From assembly GCA_963796275.1 (NCBI GenBank), contig CAWCKY010000006.1:352001-416000 (forward strand): 64,000 bases of DNA, in the 5' to 3' direction. Below are positions 56,201 through 64,000 of the stretch, one piece after another. The translations under genes were made by a program, and so were the position numbers. Positions within the stretch are counted from its first letter, which is position 1. Every line of letters starts with the position of its first letter. Under the pieces are notes generated by a model. It saw only the letters and a list, made by a program, of their open reading frames with translations. It searched no databases and was not told the DNA's origin. Source of the stretch: an uncultured Acidobacteriota bacterium (GTDB lineage Bacteria; Acidobacteriota; Blastocatellia; RBC074).

Positions 56201-58215
56201 TCATGCCTGTGTTTTCGGGCGGTCTTTCCGGTGCGATCTCGGGCGTGGTCCAGGTCGGTGAGGGAATTTTCGATGTGACCGTCGGTCTTTCCGGAGAGGG
56301 CGCAGTGCGGCTCGATGTGGGCGCGTCCGGCATCGCCGACGTCGCGGGCAACGCTTTGAACGCCGGTTTCAACTCCGGGCAAGTTTACACGCGTTCGTTA
56401 GTCGGCGACGGAACCTGGATACAGAGCGCCAATGGAGCGATGTGGAACACCAACCAGAATTGGCTCAACGGCATTGTCGGCGCCGGTGTTGGCACGACTG
56501 CTAATTTCTCATCGCTCGAACTGGTCGATGATCTCGTCGTGCATCTCGATGGGCCGCGCACGGTCGGCAACATCGTCTTCGGGGATACGGACATAACCTC
56601 GCCGGGAAGCTGGACAGTCGATAACAACGGGAGCTTCGGCAATGTGCTCCTGCTGTCCGTCCCCGCAGGTAGTCCGACGGTGACCGTCAATCCTCTGGGC
56701 CTCGGTGCTACTACCCTCATCTCAGCGTCGCTCGGTGGCAACCAGGGTCTTACCAAACTCGGCACCGGCACACTTATATTGACCGGCCAATCGCCGCTCA
56801 ACGGACCGCTCGCGATCAATGGCGGAGTTCTTCGCTTCGCCTCCGGTTCAGGCTTCAATATCGGCAACAATGCAGTAGTCGACCTGGGAGCGAACACGCA
56901 GCTGAATATCGCTGGCGGTTTCTTCGCGGCCGGCGGGCTCATAACGGCGGTGACGAGCGCGGTCGTGGTCGACAGCGGGTCTGCAATGCTCGGCAGCTTT
57001 CGCACGAATTCGGACTTCGGCGGGACGCTGCGCATCAACGGCGGCGCGCTGCGTGTCGGGGATGTTAATATCCGTCGAAACAGCGCGGCCAATCCCGACT
57101 TCGGATCGGGATTCATCGTCGCCGGCGGCACCGCCACCGCTACCACAATCGGTCTGGGCACGGCCAACTCCACGGGCGCCATGTCGATCGAGGGAGGTTC
57201 GCTTACAGCAACCGGTCCCATCACGATCGGAAATCAGCAGACGGGCGGGCGCGGCGGAGCTATGCGTGTATTGAATGGAACGTTTATATCTACCGACGCG
57301 GCGAACGGCATCGTCCTTTGCCGTACTAATGGAGGGAACGCGAACAATGTCGCTTCGGCCATCTTCACCGGCGGCATCAGCATCATTGAGAAGTTCACCC
57401 TCGGCTTCGATCCCACAGTTACGGCCGGATCGGCGACGATCACGATCAACGGCGGCGCCCTCTATCTCGGGAGCGGCGGGATCGTGAAGAACGGCTCCGC
57501 CGGTCTCGTGACCAACCTCAACTTTGGCAGCGGCCTGCTGGGCGCGAAGGATGGCTGGGATACGAGCTTGCCGATTAACTTGCCGGCCAACGGCAACATC
57601 GTGATCAAGGCAGCCGATGCGGCCAACGTTGGGCGCGACATCGTTCTCGGCGGAGCGCTCACCGGCGCGGGAGGCTTCACCAAGACCGGCGACGGCCGTC
57701 TTCGTCTCGGCGCGGCGAACACTTTCAGCGGAGCGATAGCGGTAAATGGCGGAGCGCTGGAGGTGAGCGGAAGTTTGGGACCCGGGGCGGATGTTGCGGT
57801 CAACTCGGGCCTCCTGATGGGGGACGGGGCGATCGCACGCGCGGTCGGCTTGAATTCGGGCGGCACGTTGGTTCCGGGCCGCGGCACGCCCGGTTCGCTA
57901 CTCAGGGTGGAGACGGTGATGTGGAACGCCGGTGGCGCGATGTTATTCAAACTTGGTTCGACTTCCAATCAGCTTGCGGTGAAGGGATCGTTGACCAAAG
58001 GCGATGGTGGACTGCGCCGGCTGGTTTTCAAGTGTGAGGCTGAGATCGCCGCGGGGAAGAGCTACACGCTGGTGACCTTCGGTTCGACAAACTTCGTAGC
58101 TTCTGATTTTATCATCAGCGGCTTGCCGCCAGGTTTGAGCGGGGTATTGAGAGTGGGTGCGAACAGCATCGTATTTGATGTTAGTACTGTGGAGCGAGCA
58201 GGTTCGGATAGATGA
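53251..58215 (+). CDS. Rhamnogalacturonan lyase (PL11, YesW/YesX-like) with Ig-like repeats and autotransporter-associated beta-strand repeats
   Basis: MENLGRGVVAV, YSPNDSSAGDLDGDGEYE, NIRAGAHYTQF, GQGNH, HGDALH, NNGTKATP, YNQPPHPSFY; Big-like TATATD.AGN units; LTKLGTGTLIL and FTKTGDGRL.LGAANTFSG. Confidence 0.9.
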   Translation: MKLRKVAYLLSTLLLCAAALKLAQPSLGSMIQQSPAPPSLMENLGRGVVAVRTTTSSVFVGWRLLGTDPPDTAFNLYRSTGGGEPVLLNPEPIADVTQFVDGMADLTQANVYSVRPVIFGLEQPSGGAFTLPADAALQQYLRVPLQVPPGGTTPAGEAYTYSPNDSSAGDLDGDGEYELVVKWDPSNAKDNSQAGYTGNVYLDAYKLDGTRLWRIDLGRNIRAGAHYTQFQVYDLDGDGRAEVACKTADGTIDGAGTAIGDANADFRNEGGYILGGPEFLTVFDGLTGAALATASYVVPRGVVDNWGDNYGNRVDRFLAAVAYLDGQRPSLIMCRGYYTRAVIAAWNWRDGALTNIWTFDTGDTGTQNQYAAWRGQGNHNLSVGDVDGDGKDEIMYGSAAIDDDGGGLFSTGWGHGDALHMSDMDPDRPGLEVFQPHESPTSYGPNGAEFRDARTGALILGVQASGDIGRGLALDVDPRYRGYEMWASGSAGGMYTAQLSTPNAVLGARGVEIASAKPSINFGLWWDGDLLRELLDGTAITKWDWLAGNTSSLLSDSGISSNNGTKATPALSADILGDWREEVIWRESNNSALRIYTTTIPTTFRFYTLMHDRQYREAIAWQNTGYNQPPHPSFYMGDGMAPPPVPHIVTSLDTLLGPAAPVFTAIDTDAGRSAGDTVTNDPTIVLYGTSAPNTTVTVTRFGVGAIGAITADAAGNWAIDYTGTSLPGGNAFFTATATDANSRTGAPTPPFRVTIDLVPPGAPAIADIADELNFTGTAEPDSMISITRTGSGAIGAATADASGVWTLAYSGPPLDPGSHSFTATATDLAGNTGPASAISTIDTTVAAPVISMISDDTGSSPTDGVTSDSTLVLNGTATAGHTVTVKIQGGAALGAATSDGSGQWSLDYTGNILSDGAYVISASASNGTGTSLSSRAFPVRIDTAAPAVISVNRQNPTAAISSADTITFRASFNEAVVGAGDSDFMPVFSGGLSGAISGVVQVGEGIFDVTVGLSGEGAVRLDVGASGIADVAGNALNAGFNSGQVYTRSLVGDGTWIQSANGAMWNTNQNWLNGIVGAGVGTTANFSSLELVDDLVVHLDGPRTVGNIVFGDTDITSPGSWTVDNNGSFGNVLLLSVPAGSPTVTVNPLGLGATTLISASLGGNQGLTKLGTGTLILTGQSPLNGPLAINGGVLRFASGSGFNIGNNAVVDLGANTQLNIAGGFFAAGGLITAVTSAVVVDSGSAMLGSFRTNSDFGGTLRINGGALRVGDVNIRRNSAANPDFGSGFIVAGGTATATTIGLGTANSTGAMSIEGGSLTATGPITIGNQQTGGRGGAMRVLNGTFISTDAANGIVLCRTNGGNANNVASAIFTGGISIIEKFTLGFDPTVTAGSATITINGGALYLGSGGIVKNGSAGLVTNLNFGSGLLGAKDGWDTSLPINLPANGNIVIKAADAANVGRDIVLGGALTGAGGFTKTGDGRLRLGAANTFSGAIAVNGGALEVSGSLGPGADVAVNSGLLMGDGAIARAVGLNSGGTLVPGRGTPGSLLRVETVMWNAGGAMLFKLGSTSNQLAVKGSLTKGDGGLRRLVFKCEAEIAAGKSYTLVTFGSTNFVASDFIISGLPPGLSGVLRVGANSIVFDVSTVERAGSDR

Positions 58216-58634
58216 AGCGGATAATGGGCGAGAAGTGGAATCAGGTGCTAAGTACTTCGTAATCTAAGTTTTTGACTTGCCCTGCGGGAAAGCACGATAA
58301 ATCGTGCTGATACGAAAGAATAGCTATATAGCATTCGATCATGCACGTATCGCCGCTACGTAGGCGCGAGATTTCGCAGATTGTCGTTACATAGCCGTAT
58401 TTCCTGACTCCGGCGACTGATACAAAGTGGCGGCGGGAGCACATCGAGGATGGCGTGGAAAAAGTGGTTGTGCAAGAGTAATCTATTCAGCACCATCCCC
58501 CGATTGGTAGAGCTTGTCGTTACTTCGGATCTTTTCACATAAAACTATCTTCTTCGTCGGTATGCGACAAAAAGGGGATGCGCATTTCATGGAGAAATTC
58601 AGGGAAGTACAAGATTTGTAGAGGAGGATTTTTG

Positions 58635-60383
58635 TTGAAACTCATAACCTCAATATTTTTCATCTTGGTTTTATTAACGAGCCAATTCCCACTCCCTGGC
58701 CAGAAGAAGAAGACGAAGCCGGACCCTGCCGACCTCGTCCTCAAGAACGGGATAATCTATACCGTCAATGAAAAACAGCCTCAAGTTGAGGCCGTCGCCG
58801 TCAAATACGGTCGCATCATCTTCGTTGGCGCCACTTCGGATGTGGAGAAGTATGAAGGCAAAGGCACCAGAGTAGTCGACCTCAAGGGGAAAACCGTGGT
58901 GCCGGGTTTTACGGACGCACACTATCATCTGGCCGGAGTCGGCGAGCGCGAGATGACGCTCAACCTGGAGGGGACTACCAGTCTCGAAGACTTCCTCGCC
59001 AAGGTTAAGGCGCGGGTAGATCAAGCTAAGCCGGGCGAATGGGTTACCGGTCGAGGTTGGATCGAGACGTTTTGGAATCCGCAGGCATTTCCGACGCGTT
59101 CGGACCTCGACAAAATCGCGCCCAACAATCCCGTCTATCTCGTGCGCGCTGATGGTCATGGCGGCGTTGCCAATAGTGCCGCATTTAAGATAGCCGGCAT
59201 CGATAAGAACACGGAGAGTCCTTTCGGCGGCGAGATAATGAAGGAAAAGCAAACGGGCGAGCCGAATGGGATGCTGCTCGACCACGCGCAGGGGCTGGTC
59301 AGGAAGCATATCCCTCCTCTAACCGCTGCCGAGCGGGAGCAGGCGCTGATCATCGGCGCCCGGCGAAGCGCGGAGCTTGGTTGGACTCAAATACAAAATG
59401 CCGGAACCAATTGGGAGGAGGTCGATCTACTCAAAAAACTCTTTGGTGAGCAAAAGATAAAACTGCGGATATATGAGGCGATCCGCGGCCCGAGCGAAGA
59501 TGCCGATCGCCTGGTGCGAAACGGCGCGATCATCGGCCTCTATGATCAACGCCTGACTGTCCGCACGATCAAAATAAGCATCGATGGGGCGCTGGGGTCG
59601 AAGGGCGCGGCGCTGCTCGAGCCTTATTCCGATCATAACACGACCGGGTTGTTGACCCAGAAGCCCGAGGACATTGCAGACCTGCTCAAGAGCGCGTTGC
59701 GCAAAGGGATCCAGCTCGAGATCCACGCCATCGGAGACCGCGCCAACCGCGTAGTGCTCGATCTTTACGAGCAGGTCTTCAACGATGTCCCGCCCCTCGA
59801 ACGCATCGACCGCAGCGATCCGCGCTGGCGGATAGAGCACGCGCAGATAGTTCATCCCGACGACATTCAGCGATTCGCGAAACTCAAGATCATCCCATCG
59901 ATGCAGCCATCGCACGCGATCGGCGATCTTCACTTTGCCGTGAGCAGGCTCGGCGTCAAACGGCTCGAAGGCGCTTATGCCTGGCAGAGTTTCATCAAAG
60001 CGGGATGCATCATTCCCGGAGGCTCCGATGCCCCGGTCGAACGCGGCGAGCCAATGATCGAGTTTTATGCCGCCGTCGCACGCAAGGATCAGAAGGGTTT
60101 CTCCGGCGATGGCTGGCACCCCGAGCAGAAATTGACGCGCGATCAGGCGCTGAAAATGTTCACCATCTGGGCCGCCTATGCCGCTTTCGAAGAGAAAACG
60201 CGCGGTACGATTGAGGATGGGAAACTCGGCGATTTCACCGTGCTATCTGCCGACATCATGAATATCCCCGAGGCGGAGATTTTGAAGACCAAAAACGTCA
60301 TGACGGTGATCGGGGGAGAAGTCGTATTTGAGACGGAAATAAAGGATTCGAAAAAGGATTCGAAGCAAAAGAGGAAAGACTAG
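58635..60383 (+). CDS. Amidohydrolase (Amidohydro_3, YtcJ-like), secreted
   Basis: GAGGAGG RBS then TTG; DLKGKTVVPGFTDAHYH, HAIGDRA, RIEHAQ, GGSDAPVE, GKLGDF. Confidence 0.92.
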   Translation: MKLITSIFFILVLLTSQFPLPGQKKKTKPDPADLVLKNGIIYTVNEKQPQVEAVAVKYGRIIFVGATSDVEKYEGKGTRVVDLKGKTVVPGFTDAHYHLAGVGEREMTLNLEGTTSLEDFLAKVKARVDQAKPGEWVTGRGWIETFWNPQAFPTRSDLDKIAPNNPVYLVRADGHGGVANSAAFKIAGIDKNTESPFGGEIMKEKQTGEPNGMLLDHAQGLVRKHIPPLTAAEREQALIIGARRSAELGWTQIQNAGTNWEEVDLLKKLFGEQKIKLRIYEAIRGPSEDADRLVRNGAIIGLYDQRLTVRTIKISIDGALGSKGAALLEPYSDHNTTGLLTQKPEDIADLLKSALRKGIQLEIHAIGDRANRVVLDLYEQVFNDVPPLERIDRSDPRWRIEHAQIVHPDDIQRFAKLKIIPSMQPSHAIGDLHFAVSRLGVKRLEGAYAWQSFIKAGCIIPGGSDAPVERGEPMIEFYAAVARKDQKGFSGDGWHPEQKLTRDQALKMFTIWAAYAAFEEKTRGTIEDGKLGDFTVLSADIMNIPEAEILKTKNVMTVIGGEVVFETEIKDSKKDSKQKRKD

Positions 60384-60463
60384 CTAGACTTGGAGACAAG
60401 GGGACGAGGGGTAAATACCGATTGCAAAACTTATCCCTCTTCCCCTGCCTCCATATCCGCCCT

Positions 60464-62095
60464 TCATAGATAGATCAGCTTGTGATCCCGGAACCCGATC
60501 TCGACCTCCTGATACAACCTATCTATCAGTTCATAGCCGTATCGTGCCAGAAAATAGCTGGCATTTATCTCCCGCTCCTGCAGGTTCTTGTTGGGATAAA
60601 GGACTGCAAACAGTCTTTCAACTTGCTGCTGCATCGTCTCGTCGCGCTTGCTTCGGTTATGAATGAAGCGCGTGCGGAGGTTGTGAAGCTGATAAACGAT
60701 CTTTTCGCGTCCCCCCTTGAGCGAATCAGCCAGCGTTGGATCGACGGCCGTCAGCGACTCGCGCAATTTTTCCAATTGCTCGTTGAAGACTTTTTCCGAT
60801 TCATCGAAGATCATCGCCGTGTTCTGGTCCATGCTGCCCTCGACCACTTTCTTCATCACATCTTCCTGACCGCTGAAGAGGTCGGCGAATTCGATGCCGT
60901 ATTTGCTCAAGGTCTTCGCGTGTCGCTTCTCGATCAAGGTAAAGCTCGCGCGCGGCAATACTACGGGCTCGACGCGCTCGAGCAATCGGTAATTCGGCCG
61001 AAGTTGAGCGAAATAGGCGATCTCGGCTGGGCCGCCGATATAGGCGATAGTCGGCAGGAGGAAGTCTTGAACGATCGGGCGAAGCGTGACATTCGGGCTG
61101 AAACAAGAAGGGCACCGCTGCACGGTATCTCGTAGTTCGTCGGCGTTAAAGCTCTTTTCGCTTCCTTTCAGATAAAAACGGCCGTCGTCGCGCCGCACGA
61201 TGGCCTTGCGGCGGCCATCGTCCAGCATAAAGAGCGGCACGGCTTCCGGAGCCGTGTAGACCTGCGCGTGGTAACCGGCCGCCTCCAGCGCCGCGCTCTC
61301 CCTAACGAGATGCGTCGCGAACTCGGGTATCCGCGAGATTGCGCGCGTATAAATTTCTCCGGCCACCTGCTTCAACCGGTCATCGAGGGGGTCGATCAGC
61401 ACTATGCCGAAGTGCCCCATCATCTTCAACATCAGCCTGCCGAAGGCATCGGCAAAACCGGCTCCGGCCTGATATGACGCGCGCAGATCATCGATCAGTC
61501 TCGGCATAAATTCCGATGCAGGTAGAGCCGCGATAAGTTCTTCTATATTCCCGTCAACTTCGTCGCATAATGTCACCTGGCCCACTGGCTTGCCTTCTTT
61601 GGGAGAGCAGGCGGAGTAGGTGATGGTGATGAGCTGGCCTTCGCGATTTACCAAGCGCGTGTGATTGACTTCTTCGAAGTCATGGTCTTCGGACGCGACC
61701 CAGAACATCGGCACGGCATTGACGCCCCGCTCGCGCAACTCCGCTGTGAGTTTGATCGCCGTCAATGCTTTGTATATCGTGTAGAGCGGGCCGGTGAAGA
61801 ATCCCGCCTGTTGCCCGGTGATCACTACTACCGAGTCTTTCTGCCGCAGGCGCTCGATATTGGCGATGGCGATCTCGCTCGCGCCCGCCTTGCGGTTTTG
61901 ATCGACGAGGACATCGGCTACCGCATCGCGCGCGAATGCCTGGGCGCTGACGATACCGGTACGGGCCACGAGCGAATCGATCTCTTGTCCTTCCGATTGG
62001 TAAAAACGCTCGACGCGGCTGAAGTTATAAAGGAAGTCGTGGAATAGCCTGGACGTTCGCGGTATTTCATCGAAGCTGATTGCGTGAACGGACAT
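60464..62095 (-). CDS. bshC: Bacillithiol biosynthesis cysteine-adding enzyme
   Basis: [63 protein letters not shown]. Confidence 0.93.
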   Translation of the reverse strand: MSVHAISFDEIPRTSRLFHDFLYNFSRVERFYQSEGQEIDSLVARTGIVSAQAFARDAVADVLVDQNRKAGASEIAIANIERLRQKDSVVVITGQQAGFFTGPLYTIYKALTAIKLTAELRERGVNAVPMFWVASEDHDFEEVNHTRLVNREGQLITITYSACSPKEGKPVGQVTLCDEVDGNIEELIAALPASEFMPRLIDDLRASYQAGAGFADAFGRLMLKMMGHFGIVLIDPLDDRLKQVAGEIYTRAISRIPEFATHLVRESAALEAAGYHAQVYTAPEAVPLFMLDDGRRKAIVRRDDGRFYLKGSEKSFNADELRDTVQRCPSCFSPNVTLRPIVQDFLLPTIAYIGGPAEIAYFAQLRPNYRLLERVEPVVLPRASFTLIEKRHAKTLSKYGIEFADLFSGQEDVMKKVVEGSMDQNTAMIFDESEKVFNEQLEKLRESLTAVDPTLADSLKGGREKIVYQLHNLRTRFIHNRSKRDETMQQQVERLFAVLYPNKNLQEREINASYFLARYGYELIDRLYQEVEIGFRDHKLIYL

Positions 62096-62192
62096 TATTT
62101 CCCTCTCTCCTGTGAAAACTGCAAGGATTATCAGGGCTTTCAGGATTTACAGGTCGAGCAAAATCCTGAAAATCCTGTCTCTTTTTTTAAAG

Positions 62193-63146
<954 letters not shown>

Positions 63147-63508
63147 AGCTATAGTCTTGTAAGGGGTTCAGGCTATCGTTAATCGTTATTTTTCGCGCGA
63201 GCGATGGCGTAGATAGCTGCGCCAAGGGCATCGCCGACTTTCAGGGGTGGTTCACCAGGGGTCTCATTTCTGGCGTGATCGAGATTGACTGCGGGGCAGT
63301 ATACAGGAAGCTAATTATAAGCATCAGGAATTTCAGCTTTAGCATATCTTACTCCGGGAAAATGCAATGCTTGACGTAATAATTTAAGATGCTCTCTTGA
63401 GAATTCCAGCTTCATGTTTTTGACGCTTGCATGACAAGATTTTGAACGGGCATTATAGCGGCGCCGGGCGGTAACTGGCAAACGCGGCTTCATAGAACGC
63501 CTAAGGTG

Positions 63509-64000
63509 ATGATGTCAAAGACCGAACTTCCAATTTTCAGCGACAATTTGAAGTCTTCAGGTTCGTGGGCGGACCTCCTGGCGCGTGAGCAGCACCTCTG
63601 GCAAGAAGCGCTGTCGACGGCAGATTCACGCGCGCGGATCGAGCGCCGTATTCTCGATCATCAGGTTAAACAGGTAGTTTTAAGAGCAAACGGGGAGTTA
63701 ACCGAGCAAAACTGTCTAGCTGCGGCAGCGCTGATCTCTTCCTGGGCGATGGCACCCGATGCGAAGTTCAGCGTGGAACGGTTGCTCGAACTGCATCGAG
63801 CTCTGATCAGTGCGCCTAGCGGAGAAGACGTCCTCCGGAAGACCGAGCCGCTCCCGATCAATGCCATGCACGATCCGACCCCGGCCATCTTGTTGCCTCG
63901 CATGCTCGATAATGCATTCGACTGGTTCGCGGTTCCTAGTTTTGACGAGCTTCGTCCGGTCGAACAGGCCACCATAGTTTATCTGAGGCTGCTCGATCTT
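63509..64000 (+). CDS. Fic-domain-like protein, 3'-truncated by the window
   Basis: Open frame of 164 codons to the window end: LLELHRALI...LR...LLPRMLDNAFDWF...LRPVEQATIVYLRLLDL, the context that precedes the Fic HPF loop (the loop itself is outside the window). Confidence 0.6.
   Translation, partial: MMSKTELPIFSDNLKSSGSWADLLAREQHLWQEALSTADSRARIERRILDHQVKQVVLRANGELTEQNCLAAAALISSWAMAPDAKFSVERLLELHRALISAPSGEDVLRKTEPLPINAMHDPTPAILLPRMLDNAFDWFAVPSFDELRPVEQATIVYLRLLDL

Noticed and set aside
58488-58540. tRNA-like GATTGGTAGAGC
   Set aside because: No acceptor stem, anticodon arm or TTCGA T-loop at the proper spacing.

Overview
A 64-kb bacterial chromosomal segment, most likely from an Acidobacteriota (Blastocatellia-like) genome; this is inferred from the Oar-type TonB receptor, ADOP permease, DUF1549/DUF1553 + DUF1501 pair and bshC/ypdA. 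The left ~29 kb is accessory and partly decaying. It holds a tightly coupled four-gene operon (two divergent Ku-like proteins, an ATP-dependent ligase with a WGR-like tail, an AEP primase-polymerase/HAD phosphatase fusion) that looks like a non-canonical end-joining system. It also holds an MNT/HEPN pair with a nonsense-mutated toxin, several pseudogenes, a UGA-readthrough selenoprotein with a SECIS-like hairpin, and an IS4 element inserted in a REP-like palindrome next to a 17 x 25-bp hairpin array. The right part is mostly housekeeping: hemH/hemE with two M16 peptidases, ypdA, argG, a cysM-JAB-Ubl/MoeB/rhodanese operon, cimA-ilvBNC-leuACDB, LysR, a PL11 lyase, an amidohydrolase, bshC, a DapA-like protein and a partial Fic gene. 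Two leader peptides not resolved by the ORF track were found: an Ile/Val-rich ilvB attenuator, and a 33-aa peptide ending in six Cys codons that overlaps the start of cysM in another frame. The best candidates for undescribed biology are the two-Ku end-joining operon and the overlapping poly-Cys leader. All family calls come from motifs recognised by eye; no database search was run.
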